Shown piece after piece: positions 10,901 through 21,278 of a DNA stretch of 64,000 nt. Every line of letters starts with the position of its first letter. Within the stretch, counting starts at the first letter, position 1. Made by a program: the position numbers and the translations under genes. The stretch spans positions 1 through 64,000 of the forward strand of contig VRMN01000004.1 of the NCBI GenBank assembly GCA_008690995.1, written 5' to 3'. This DNA is from Porphyridium purpureum. Its lineage: Eukaryota. Under the pieces are notes generated by a model. It was given only the letters and a program-made list of their open reading frames with translations, was not told where the DNA came from and did no database searches.

Positions 10901-12598
10901 ACCCCAGAAGTCTGAAATCATACGTTGCGAAAGCAGCGCAAGCCCGATGGCTCCTGACGAGCGAGTTGCTGACGCGATACTTTGCAGATGTTCATACTTA
11001 ATATGCATGTCGTTGACAGCGGAATAAAATAGTTCGTCCTCTATGCTGTTGTCGTGTCCTGAAGCATTGTGTTCTTCAAACGACTCAACACTTTCCAACA
11101 CTGGATCAATATCGGACGCTTGCATATCCTCATTACTGAAGAGAAGCGCGCGAATATTTCGAACAGGCGCTCGTTGCAATTTTTGATTCAATGTCTCCGA
11201 GCACTGTGCAATGAAATGACTTGTAGAGCCACAATTATGACATTTGGGCGGTTCTGGACACTGCATGGCAAGGTGCTCAGGAGAGCTGCAATTGCGGCAA
11301 AACGGCGCACTGGATTTCTTCGCGTGCGATCCAGCGGCAGAGGAGGAAGACACTTGATGACGTAAATCTCTGGTGAACAACTGATGTTGGGCGCGTGGCT
11401 GGGATGCAGGCAAAGACGGTCGTACAATCCGCGACTGTATATTGATGCATCCCACCAGATGAGCGTATAGGTCATCGGCAGTGTTGAAATACTTCAGCAG
11501 GACTGCAGATGCGAAACTTTCATCTCTTACTGCATTGCGCAGAGCCCGGAGGAGGCGGCGTTCGCCATGATATTCCGTCGGTAAGCAGCCTTGCGCGTAC
11601 TTCAGAGTATCATGGTACAGTACATGTAAAATCCCTTTGTTGCCGCTATTACGCATGCGATTCGCAATGTGGCGGAACTTCACCCCGTCAAATAAATCAA
11701 CCATCTGTTCATGAAATTCCCCGGTAAAAACTTTGGAATCAAGTAATTCGAAAGCATCGTTCAGGCTCTTATTGTACTGGACTTTGTCGGTATAAAACAT
11801 CTTGATCGTTCCGCCCAGCATCATGCCGAGGATCGGAGCACGGTGGTGTTCGGTGACTTCAGCTCGCGCAAACGTAAGAAGGGCTTCTTGTTTCCACCGG
11901 TAGTATGATATCTTATCCTTGTATTCGTCCATGTAAAAAATGTCCTCCGATCTAATCATTTTCGAAACTGTGGATGAGTTTCTCGCAAGACCATATTCGT
12001 TGCCGGGCACAGAAACGATTGGTGGCACCACGGGCTGAGAACTATGACCTACGGTACTTGCTTGCAATCGGCCAGAGTCTTGCTGCCAAGTATCCGTCAC
12101 AGGTGCGGCTCCCCGTTGCGGAGTACGTCCGTTCGCATCTAGCACCGTCGCAGAAGATCGGGAATCATTACTGTCTTCATAAATCCGGCGAAAACGATCA
12201 ATCGTGGGTACACCGGGGTCAGATAGACGAAAACCTGGTACTTGTGCTGCTGTCAGAAATGAAGCAAACTGTTCGCGTGCAAAGAGGCCACAATCCAGGA
12301 TACTGGAACGAGGAAGACGGCGAGTCATCTGCACCATCAAGGCCACACCGCTGTAGGTTCGGAACATGACGACGAAGTCCCGTAAGTCCTCAATCGCCAG
12401 CCTCTTTTCGGTAGAAAAACTACCAAGATCCATGCTAATTAGAAGAGAGGGATCGAACTGGTCGCTGGACTCCGTGGAGCCTTCGTCGCGACTGATTTGC
12501 GTCATATGTCCCGCATCGATCCCTTCTCCAGCGGGAGACACTTCTCTCTCACGTTCGCCACTCGCACCCGCCGCGACGTTAGCACCCCGACGAGTCAT
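7961..12598 (-). CDS. Gag-Pol polyprotein, Copia order (gag-PR-IN-RT-RH)
   Basis: Two CCHC knuckles (CRNCSSPEHLAMQC, CHNCGSTSHFIAQC), protease VDTGA, integrase HHCC + VQLDTF/VDAG/VERAH, RT DAKKAYLQ/LYGLSESG, RNase H YSDASF/AAELYA/TDSQS/NIADSLTK. The RT xxDD motif reads LSDN. Confidence 0.95.
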   Translation of the reverse strand: MTRRGANVAAGASGEREREVSPAGEGIDAGHMTQISRDEGSTESSDQFDPSLLISMDLGSFSTEKRLAIEDLRDFVVMFRTYSGVALMVQMTRRLPRSSILDCGLFAREQFASFLTAAQVPGFRLSDPGVPTIDRFRRIYEDSNDSRSSATVLDANGRTPQRGAAPVTDTWQQDSGRLQASTVGHSSQPVVPPIVSVPGNEYGLARNSSTVSKMIRSEDIFYMDEYKDKISYYRWKQEALLTFARAEVTEHHRAPILGMMLGGTIKMFYTDKVQYNKSLNDAFELLDSKVFTGEFHEQMVDLFDGVKFRHIANRMRNSGNKGILHVLYHDTLKYAQGCLPTEYHGERRLLRALRNAVRDESFASAVLLKYFNTADDLYAHLVGCINIQSRIVRPSLPASQPRAQHQLFTRDLRHQVSSSSAAGSHAKKSSAPFCRNCSSPEHLAMQCPEPPKCHNCGSTSHFIAQCSETLNQKLQRAPVRNIRALLFSNEDMQASDIDPVLESVESFEEHNASGHDNSIEDELFYSAVNDMHIKYEHLQSIASATRSSGAIGLALLSQRMISDFWGVCVDTGASSNFCSLPQWQAFCALSNSPSSLRPVTMRSVGLDIGIFRIIGTGEFRLPVSSDVFLTVDVDVLDTSKAEDPQWPPLVLGLLTMDHHSCFPNNLTDALVFPTLQIEIPLIRKFGKLFIDPAIFARASPLLTYAELRKIHRKFNHASSERIQRIFDIADQPLSENEFSILARLSRQCHICQRFSKAPATFRLSANVEVNFNHTVQLDTFYLPHTQGERPMPVMHIVCEGTRFMSGQWLKHDSTSGALFEIFFLCWISAYNGAPHIVKVDAGSAYASREFQALANVHGIHVDVQPIEGHQSIGRVERAHGIVGIMYEKMILEDLDADADETLAHCFFVANSSCGLSGIPPCLMVFGSMPRMVISSIQDVPSQAARINALVLARRVYEEFIAKQYLNIALSRRHAALGSEMQDTGPPVPGDLVIIARERNRRRNYDGPYLCVAVDGHKVSVRMPPTGAVRIFHVARVRKYRIEPAAELLTQPISAREYRLNPDLQLRFKSSDEEELSWLYNQGAFIIAERVPTNAVIVPAKMVRVLKNYRTAHETTKSRLVALGHVDAQKRSLIVESPMLSQWALKVIVSTTVQFGWTIHTQDAKKAYLQATKSLQRPVYIVLRSVLCNLFCNAVNIPPRDILYLLVVKPLYGLSESGMYWWFSVQHALSTLSLVPTPMDPCFFIQASDGLVGVLSDNIIYAGTRSFLGSLQQKLAEFIMSPAETPPLEYNGVRLEQNLRMHQTEYLQTLRRSALEALTPEQFRGRIRWLGQTRPDLLPLSPSALDLADTAKRVGKYLAETERWYLPYDRLDADFRVHAYSDASFATDGTRSRLGFCIFLVDGVHRAHLLHARSYLSPRVVRSVLAAELYAASDCLDFCLALQPTLCSVHVRDVPITLFTDSQSIFDTVHKAKVFTEKRLMVDVVQLREAIATGELQDLAHLRASSNIADSLTKFDTRRLMWHQYFMTGKLDHDVHMATQRYSPEL

Positions 12599-12651
12599 CT
12601 TAAGTCAGACACCACACTTCTTCTAACACTGGAGAGATCCCGAGTGATCAC

Positions 12652-12872
12652 TGTCGTTCATCTCTATCCCCCGTCAGGCTATCCCACGGGGCGGAAGGTT
12701 TGTTCTTTTTCCATACACCCTTAACCTTTATTTTTGTTCTAGTGCTACTTTCCCGCCGCCGCTCGCCGCGTATTTATACGCTGGTCAAGAAATTGAGGGT
12801 TCGGGTAACCCTCAAAGTAACTTGGTACAGCTACACCTGTACTTAGTCAATTATTCACACGAATAATTGACA
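12652..12872 (-). repeat. 5' LTR of Copia element 1
   Basis: Direct repeat of 7116-7336; contains TATAAATA on the minus strand. Confidence 0.95.
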
Positions 12873-13869
12873 GGGGGATTGTCTTTCTGGAAAGTGTAAT
12901 TGAAGTCATACATTTCCAGGCCGAACGGAAGCAAGGCTTCCAGCAAGACTTGTTGATACTTCACGGCATTCAAGCCACCCTCGACGAAGACGGCCATTGT
13001 TAGGCCGCGCAGGGACATACCGGCCCACATGTGAACCTTGCCACCTCCAGAGTGCTGGCGCCTGGCGTACGAACTTGACTTGGCGCGACAGTCGACCCAT
13101 CGCTGCGAGGAGCCGAACGGGCCATCGCAGCTCCAAATCTTCTCGTCTGAAAAGACCACTTGATGCCAGAAAGCCATTGGTTTCGCAATGAATGCGGTGG
13201 CAAACGCCAATCGCTTCCTGATGTTGTCAGACGACAGCGAAGGTTTCCGCGAGACTCGCTTGTAGCGAAGAAAGCCTGCTGCTTGAAGCGTCCGACGCAC
13301 TGTCCTGGCCGAGCACTGCAAGTGCAGCTCGTGAACCACCTGTCCGGACGTCAGTGCATCAACAGATACGGCGCGAATGATGCGGCGTTCCGATTTGCAA
13401 CTCAAAAGCCGTTTCGGACCTGGCTTCTTGCGGACGATCCGGTGCCCCGTTGGCACAAGAAAATGACTGACAGTTGCATAGGATGGCCGCGAGCGATCTG
13501 GGCGCGTCATGAAGCCTTCGCAATTGCTCGTGCCGACAGCTCCTGGCCCGCAAGGGCGTCGATCTGCCCTTTTTCGTGTTCCGACAGTCACGGCGCCATC
13601 GTTCGGCCGTTGCGCGCTCAATTTCGATCTGGAGACTCTCCACTTGCGCACGACGAGATGGATCAGCGAGCGAAGATCCTTTGAGCACCTTCTGATGGTC
13701 TGGGAAAAACAAAAACGCGCGCGCCGCGCCTTGGTTCATCGTCATGCTCGATGTGGACAATGTTAAAAAAGAGTTAAAAATAAGCTTTCTATTAAAATGG
13801 GCTATTTTACTATAAGATCCATTTTTTTGGACCAAAATGCAGGTGTTGCAAACATCTTGGCCAGGACTG
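12873..13869 (-). mobile_element. Tc1-family transposon B, 5' part (pseudogenised transposase, one TIR)
   Basis: TIR ending ...CTTGGCCAGGACTG at 13869 followed by TA; same CAGTCCTGGCCAAG terminus as Tc1 A. The transposase starts MAP*LSEHEKGQIDAL at 13599 (stop at codon 4, frameshift near 13510), then FSDEKIW...FQKDNPP is cut by the LTR. Confidence 0.92.
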
Positions 13870-13922
13870 TACTTCTGCTCTGCAAGGTTAAATATTCCAT
13901 GCAGGTAGCTGCCTCTTGCAGC

Positions 13923-14220
13923 TGTCGCAGACGGCGTCGTGGGGCGTACAGCACAGCCTCACCTCGTGCGTAAATAGCGCGCCCACTTTCGGGGGTGCGC
14001 CGTGGGATGCGAAGGTTAGAAGTAGAGATTAGCGTGGAGAATAGATAAGACTAAAAGTTTGTTGTGCTAAAAAGTGGCAAGGGGCTGAGCTACCTCCTGC
14101 GAAGCCGACCGCGCGTACGCTGTGGGAATCCCATTGGCGGCCGCGTAGCAGCCTTCTCCGCGCTGTGTAGGTCTCTCCGGGGTTGCTCACACCCCGTGAA
14201 ACCGGTTAGAAAAAGCGACA
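13923..14220 (+). mobile_element. Possible solo LTR of a related Copia family
   Basis: 298 bp with inverted termini TGTCGC...GCGACA like the other LTRs, a TAAATA element, a GTACAG motif and a sub-terminal CGGGG/CCCCG hairpin. No target duplication found. Confidence 0.4.
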
Positions 14221-15169
14221 CTTTTCAACCCGTTCGCGCATTCTAAACTGTAAAAGGGCGGTGCCACCCTGCATTGTGGTGTGCCGTGCGGCGGGCGGCG
14301 TCACCGACACTTGACAAGTACTACGTCGGAAGAATTTGCACTTGTGTGCTTGATCTCGCGCTGGGTGTGCTCGCGGCAGGGTGTCATACTGCAAATATTT
14401 CCGATCAAGCCTCGTCGAGCCAAACAGGAGTGTTCTATGTGGAGCGCCGATTTCCACACAGCAGCCGCTTTGCGCCGTCTGCCGTGCACTGGCTGCATCG
14501 CCGAAGGGGGGCACACACACGTGAAAGAGCAGAAACATGACACATGGTGCCTCGCCTCGGCTCGCTGTGTAGAAATCCTTCGTCGGTGCTGATAACGGCG
14601 CGTCGAAATGACCACCCCGAGCATGCATTGATTTGTCATCCCGCGCACGCTGACACCACAATTCACTGCCACTCCGGCAGACGAGAGGAGCGAGAGCAGA
14701 CACCTTTGTGCGCTGGGACACGAGCTGGCGCAAGATTGCCGCGAGCGGCGGCGATGGCTAACGGCTTTGGTCTTTATTTTGGCTTTCTGAATTTGGGACT
14801 ATATTTTCGCTTAGCACAATGCGCCACGTTCTCAGCGCTGTGCTTTGAGCGAAGCAACGAGTATGAGGTTCTGGGGGTGTTTATCACTGTCATCGCCGCT
14901 TTGTTTCTCATCATTTCTTGTTTCGAACTATGAAACCAATCGTCCGACACGGGAGTTCTTCGTGGGGTCCCCCATATAATGAGACCCGCGTTGCACGTGT
15001 TGCACACACCATGCACCGACCGCGACGTGAGGACGTTGAACCTTTCGTGAGTGAACAAGTCGGCAGGTGCATGGCGTGGCTAGAGGAGAAAGCGGTTGAA
15101 AGATCGTCGTTCGATAGTCACTTGGCCACCGTAAAACGATAAAGCGTGTGAGCAGTCCGTTGCGCGGCC

Positions 15170-17137
15170 ATGATGGACAATGTATACACGGGTGACAGAC
15201 AGCAATGCCAAGTACCGCATTGCGGAGATCGGAGTCCGACGGAGCGTGAAACTATGTCGAATCGGCATGCTCACAGATCCCCGTCGCTTCGGACAGATAT
15301 CGATGATGATGATGATTACTTTGCCTCACTTCAAGCGAAGGTGCTGAAGAATGTTGCGACATTTCGGGCAGAAGACTACGGAGAAGCGCCTCCACCTTCG
15401 GCTGCGCAGGATAATTCATCGTCGTCATTTGGTATCCCGCAGCGCGGGCGGGGTAGAGGAGGTCCTCAACAGGATGCTGAAGGTGAGCCCGGCTTGACAT
15501 GGTCATTCCGAATGTCGCTGGCAATGCAGCGCCTATCCGTATTTCTATCGCTTCGAGCCTTTTATGTACTGCGCTGGTCCAGACGTTCAATGGCGGTCTT
15601 ACCAATCCTTGCTTTGGGCTTGAATTTTATCATTGGATATCTTTTTTGTCTGCTGGGGTCATCTGGTATCAAGGAAGGAGGCGACACATTGGTGTGGTAT
15701 TTCAACGGCACCGCTTCGGACGCCTTGGCCATTTTCATTTATGTCGGAGGATTTGCGCTGAGCTTGACCGCTATTTTGTTTTCGCTGTGCATCGTGGCCT
15801 TCCAGGTGGCAAGTGTGACATATTCATCGAGGATGCTCACGGGCTTGACAAACCGCCTCGCGACCAAAATTGTGCTCTGCATTTTCCTGGGAACGTTTGC
15901 ATTTTCGTTTGCGGGGATTTTAAGCACGGAGACGGCTGAGCACAATCCTTTCGTGCCGTCGGTTGCTGTCAATGTTCTGGTGCTGTACGTGATAGCCACG
16001 GTGCTCGGCTTGGTCTACTATCTCCACTACGTGGTGAGGAGTTTGCGTATTTCAAAGCTAATGGATGACGTCGCCTTCGAGACTGAGAGGGCCGTGGCTC
16101 GCTTCCATGCGCCGTTTGAAACGAAGGCAGATCGAAAAAGAAGGAAATGGCACTGGATGGGTCAACGTTCTAAAACGGACTCACCCAGCTCCCAAGATTC
16201 GTCGGTTACGCTTCCTGTTGTTCCCAAAGGGGCCTACAAGCTCCATGCGCGCCGGAACGGCCACCTGCTAGGTGTTTCTGAGACTGGCCTCGTTCGTATG
16301 GCGCAACAGTGGGCATTCGGGATTCGCATTCTTCCGCGACCTGGGACATACATCACAAAGGGCACGCACATCGCGTGGATTTGGTTCTATCGGGAGGAGT
16401 CGCACGTGCGAATTAGCCGCGCCTTGCTTTCCTCCTTGATTCTTTCGTGTGTTCAGTTCGGCAAAGACCGCTCCACTGAGGATGACGTCAAATTTGGACT
16501 TCAGCAGATCACGGATGTGGCCTTGAAAGCGCTGAGCCCTGCGGTGAACGACCCGAACACCGCCATCGAAGCCATTCATCGGCAGCAGAGACTTCTTTCT
16601 CAGATTGCGAGTTTGCGCTGCGAGCCGCGAGTCATTCGTTCCACGGATGCGTCGAAGCGAGTGCTACTTGCCATTCCACTCCCTACTTTCAAGACCCTTT
16701 TCAGCTCTGTGATTCTTCCGCTCATTAATTACGGAGTCGCAGACGTCCAGGTCTCTAGGAAATTGCAGTTTGTGCTGGGCAATATTGGTTACGTGATTCA
16801 CCGCCAGCTAGAGTTAGCGGTGACTGAAAGCAGTAGGGCTGAGCTGCTTTCTCGCGTTGCGCTTGTGGAAAATCACATGAAAGTTTTGCTGAAGATGGCT
16901 CGCAAAGTGCACGAGCATCATAATTACGATGCTATCGAGCACGCCGCTGAGAAATCCATTGCCAAATTGATGATGGGGAAAGAGGACGTTTCGGAGACGC
17001 AGGCTTCTACAAGTCTCATGGATTCATCAGAGTTAAACGTGTGGGAATCTGAGGTGGATCCCGCGTACTGCGACGCCGAGGATTATGCCCAGGCAGAAGG
17101 AAATGGCGATGGCGAGTCTTTTGTCGATGAAGTTTAG
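15170..17137 (+). CDS. DUF2254-family predicted membrane protein
   Basis: Four hydrophobic segments, AFQVASVTYSSR, and the family-like motif QITDVALKALSPAVNDPNTAIEAI; acidic N- and C-terminal extensions. Confidence 0.8.
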   Translation: MMDNVYTGDRQQCQVPHCGDRSPTERETMSNRHAHRSPSLRTDIDDDDDYFASLQAKVLKNVATFRAEDYGEAPPPSAAQDNSSSSFGIPQRGRGRGGPQQDAEGEPGLTWSFRMSLAMQRLSVFLSLRAFYVLRWSRRSMAVLPILALGLNFIIGYLFCLLGSSGIKEGGDTLVWYFNGTASDALAIFIYVGGFALSLTAILFSLCIVAFQVASVTYSSRMLTGLTNRLATKIVLCIFLGTFAFSFAGILSTETAEHNPFVPSVAVNVLVLYVIATVLGLVYYLHYVVRSLRISKLMDDVAFETERAVARFHAPFETKADRKRRKWHWMGQRSKTDSPSSQDSSVTLPVVPKGAYKLHARRNGHLLGVSETGLVRMAQQWAFGIRILPRPGTYITKGTHIAWIWFYREESHVRISRALLSSLILSCVQFGKDRSTEDDVKFGLQQITDVALKALSPAVNDPNTAIEAIHRQQRLLSQIASLRCEPRVIRSTDASKRVLLAIPLPTFKTLFSSVILPLINYGVADVQVSRKLQFVLGNIGYVIHRQLELAVTESSRAELLSRVALVENHMKVLLKMARKVHEHHNYDAIEHAAEKSIAKLMMGKEDVSETQASTSLMDSSELNVWESEVDPAYCDAEDYAQAEGNGDGESFVDEV

Positions 17138-19070
17138 AGGAGCACATCCGAGGTGCGCTTGTGTTGGTCGATTCACGCAGCATTGGATATTCTAGTGGCA
17201 GGTCGTGGATGCGTTTGATATTTGGAGCTCAAGCCGCGAGCTGAACCATTTGTTTACTTTCGGAGACGAGAGCCGCCGTCACGAGATTCTCAATAAACTA
17301 CGATGTCAGGAGCGATACACATTGGAAGCGCCTGAACACGTCTCAGATGAACGCAACAGTTTGCGAGCATTCATCGTGCAAACCATAGTGGCCGTTTCCA
17401 CAAAGTTCGGCGTACGCGCCCTGTTGAAACACACATTGTCGCGTTCAACCGCTGCACGTCAGCATTTGACCCCTCATCTCTGCATGGATACTTTTTGAGG
17501 AACCTCCCTGTCTCGTTCTTCTAGACTCAATAAATTGTCCGTCATTGTCCAGGGAATCTATTCTGTGCGCTCCTTCGGCTTGATTCCGGCGGCGTCCACA
17601 ACAGTTTCTAAGACTTTCTTGCGCGTCGGCACGACTAGTTCTTGACAGAGATGGAGAATTCGTTCGTGGTGAAATTGCCCTTGTCGGACCGAGCAATCTG
17701 TTCGTGGTGGCTTCCGAGTCACCGGACGTGCTCCCGGCCTCAAACCCTTGTAGAAAGGTGTACACATTGAACCACGGACCCTGTTTCGAGACAGAAAAGG
17801 CAACGACGCGCAAAATGAAACCAAGGCCACGTAACAAGATGCTTTGCGCCGTTGTGGGGCCCATCTTGTCGGATATCTACACATTCTACCTAGACACCAA
17901 CGTTTTCATTATCTGTCGCCGCATCTCGGTCTGCATTCCATGTTTCTTTCACGTCTCGTGTGCCTCGTGTCCTGCGGCTACGCGCTGAACGAGCCAAGTG
18001 CGCGCCCGCGATTCATTCAACCTGCTGGCGTCCTGCACGACCCTGCGCGCGGACGCAGCGCTGCGCTGCCCATCTTCTTCCCGCGCCTTCCATTTCCGCC
18101 CGTTCGCGTATTCGAAAATGTGATAATGTCCGATACAACACGTAGGAGCACGGCAACGTGCTCGTACTGACGTGAGGAGGCGAAGCGCTTGATGTTATCC
18201 CACAAGCGTAGCCACGCAGTGGACACCCACGCAATGGCTCCCGGTGCAGAAATCAAAGTTGCTCTTGGCAATACTTATAAACTTCTTTTATGCTATCCGC
18301 TCCTACCGTCCCTTCTCTAGTCGCTCGTCCAAGCCCGGCGAAAACAGGGGCTTAAATAAACGTATGCAGTCTACTGCGACTAGTGACATCGGTGCAAGTG
18401 AACACTACAGTTGCAACACAATTCATACGCGAGACGCAGCTCCGAGGTGCGGTGAGGGTTCGGCCGGAAGGCGATCGCACGCGAGAGGGAACATTAATTA
18501 AGGATTCGAGTCCGTTGCTTCTGTCGCACGCTCTGTTCTGAGCCTGTTTTCACATGCCGAGATGGCGAGGCGGAGGCGCCGACGCCGGATACTTTATTCT
18601 CAGAGACGCCATGCGGGAGTTAGACGGCTTGCCGAGCGGCAGGCCGCTCGCCGCAGACATTTGTGTTGATATTTTGGTATTGAGTGCGTGGGTCAAACCA
18701 CAAGGAAAGCGGCGGCCACTTGGCAGCTGTGTGTTTTCGCAGCAAGAGCAGAATCATACGTTTTTTTCTTGAGCCTGGAGGCCACAGAAAGCGAGCGTGT
18801 GGAGCCAACTATCTAGTATGGTGCCGGCACTGGCTTCAACGCCAAGGAATTTCACTAATTAAGAGCCATCCATACTCGCTTCATTCGGTCGTCGGGGTTG
18901 TCCGGGACTATCAATTCGTGAGCCGACGTGACCAGGCCCCTACAAGGCGCGATCTCTCGGCCGGCGCAAGCATCGCGGGCGACTAGTTTCGTCGACCGCT
19001 TCGAACGAAGCGCAAACGAGTCAGCCGTAGACTCTCATTGCGCCAGAGAAAGAGGCTGGGGTGAGTCATA

Positions 19071-20839
19071 GTGTTCAGCACGGCTTTCCTTCAAAAACTG
19101 GGAGCCGGTCCGCGCAAAGACGACCTGCGAGCTTTGGATCAGGTGCAGTTTTCGCAGACCGAGTTCCTCCGTGCACGCGATGAGGGCAAGCTGCGCATCG
19201 TTTTTATGATCGGCGAAAGCCAGATTGGAAAATCCACTCTGATCAAACACCTGGTCGCGGCGCCTGTAGCCAAGGCAGGCAACGGATTGGAGCGCTGTAT
19301 TGTGGAACCTTCTCCGTATGCCACAAAGCACAACGGATATCTAATCATTTTCTATGATACGCCCGGCCTGAACGACGCATAAACGCCAAATAACGTGCAT
19401 TTGGAAACCATTCGGCAGGTAGCGGCGCACTTTGAGCAGGTTTCGTCTCTTCTTTTATGTGTTTCTGAAGGGTCCACGAACTTTAGCGGATCGCTGTACC
19501 AGGTCCTTTGCGCTTACCGAGGGATGTTTGGCGCGGAAGAGTTCGAACAAATGCTCATGGTGCACGTCACAAAGTCGGCCATGCTTGATGACGAGATTTT
19601 TGATCAAGACACAGACAGGTGTGTTTCACTTCTCGCTTCGCAAGAAGAGAGGCGCAACGGCCTCGTGAAGCTCTTGACAGACGGATTCTCGGTGAGCGAT
19701 AATGACATTCGGAAAAGTGACAAATCTCCGCCGGGACAGGGCATTTCGCACACCAATGCTTTAGCCATGAAATTTAGTAAGGCGTCCCAATCTCCTGGCT
19801 CGTTCTCACCTAAAACACACAAGACCATGCGAAGCGTTGAACTGCGGTCAATGATGCTTGACGCCTTGTCCAGGACTCAGCTTATTGACTGCAAAGCTCG
19901 TAAGGATCGCGATCAAGCATTTGATCAGTTCATGTCGCAGTTGAAGGAGATGAAGGACGTGAGAGATCAAGACACCAAGATAAGCAAAGTGAAAAGAAAT
20001 TGCGGGAAATCAAAGAGAGCATGGCGAAGGACGGGCTGTTATCGCTTGTCGGTGAGAAACCAGAGCACAGAATGAAAGTGGAGGAATCCACGGTCGATAT
20101 CTTTCGCGCGGAGCGCATCCAATTTTTTTGGGCTACCGTCACGATATATTTGATATCGTTCTATGGCTGGGTTCCGAGCCACCAGGATTCTTTAATTATA
20201 GTCCCAAACGAAGGAAGTGGTGCTCGCTTGAAGACGTGTGAGGCTCCGGAGTTACCTAAGCATGGGAGCTCAACAATTGAATGGTACGCCATAATCAAGG
20301 AAATAGTCGGAACAGACAACTTCATATCTGGATTTGAGCTGAGCGAATACACTTTTCGCAAAGGAACCGTTACCTCCAGCGTTAAAGAACTACTTGTCAC
20401 AGTGATGCCGAAAGAGGTTTCCGAAGAAGCCATCAACGAGGCCTTTCAGCGGGTGAAGCTCGCCGAAACAAATGCCAGGGAAAACGCGGATGATATCCTG
20501 ACTCCAAAAGAGTGGGAAAAAGTGATGGCTAGGGCTTACCGAGACAGAGATGAAGGGCATGATGTAGACATCGAGGGGTTGGAAGCGACGATGCAAGAGC
20601 AGTTGGACCTTGACAAGACGGATCTTGCTTCCGAAGAGGCTGCGAACGAGGCGATTGAGCAGGTGAAGCTCGCCGAAACAAATGAGAGGGAAAACGCGGA
20701 TGATTTCCTGACTGCAGAAGAGTGGGAAAATGTGATTGCATCAGCTTATCGAGGCAGAGATGAAGGGCAAGATGTAGATATTGAGGGCTTGAAGGCGATG
20801 ATGCAAGAGCAGTTGAAACTTGACGAGACGGATCTTTAA
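19071..20839 (+). pseudogene. P-loop GTPase (AIG1/GIMAP/Era-like G domain) with coiled-coil tail; disrupted
   Basis: G1 GESQIGKST and G3 DTPG, an in-frame TAA at 19380-19382, continuation in the same frame (19395-20075, VHVTKS G4-like), then a frameshift near 20000 into 20000-20839. Start not defined. Confidence 0.65.
20420..20839 (+). repeat. Two tandem 210-bp (70-aa) repeats at the GTPase C-terminus
   Basis: SEEAINEAFQRVKLAETNARENADD...LDKTDL followed by SEEAANEAIEQVKLAETNERENADD...LDETDL. Confidence 0.9.
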
Positions 20840-21278
20840 TCTGGGTCAGTCGTTTTTCTCGCTCACTGGGTTTTCATTGTTCGACGAGCTACGGTGATCG
20901 GTTGCTTTCGTATGAACCGGGACATTTCTATATTTTGGAACTTTGTTTGGGGTTTCCTTGTGCTTCGTCGTTTTCATTCAGCAATCTATTCCGTAGAACC
21001 CGGCTATTCTTATGCCCGCATTCGCGCGCGACTCCTCTTCTTTGACGGTATGCATTGGAATTTCAAGCCGTCCTCTTCGTCGCTACGTAGTTTACTCTCT
21101 GTCTGGCTCCAATCTTGCGCTTGCCTTGCCGTGGCTGCCGCTGTGACCGTCTGGCAAAGCTGTCGTCTGTTCGGGATCTGGATTAAAATTCGCTGCTTCT
21201 TGAATCTTCATCCTACGCAAAATTGAAAGGAGGAAACACCCGGCGTGGGGCCAATGTCAACTCGTCGAGTGGGATTCG

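Larger units (their letters stand above)
7116..12872 (-). mobile_element. Ty1/Copia LTR retrotransposon 1 (GalEa-like)
   Basis: 221-bp LTRs at 7116-7336 and 12652-12872, identical on inspection, with TG...CA termini. Polypurine tract on the minus strand at 7337-7355. Apparent 4-bp GGGG target duplication. Confidence 0.95.

Noticed and set aside
14544..15142. Short hydrophobic ORFs upstream of the DUF2254 gene
   Set aside because: No recognisable family and no consistent frame; cannot be supported.
17140..19070. 2-kb gene-poor interval, including a B-box-like GGATTCGAGTCC near 18502
   Set aside because: No cloverleaf, repeats or credible ORF found by eye.
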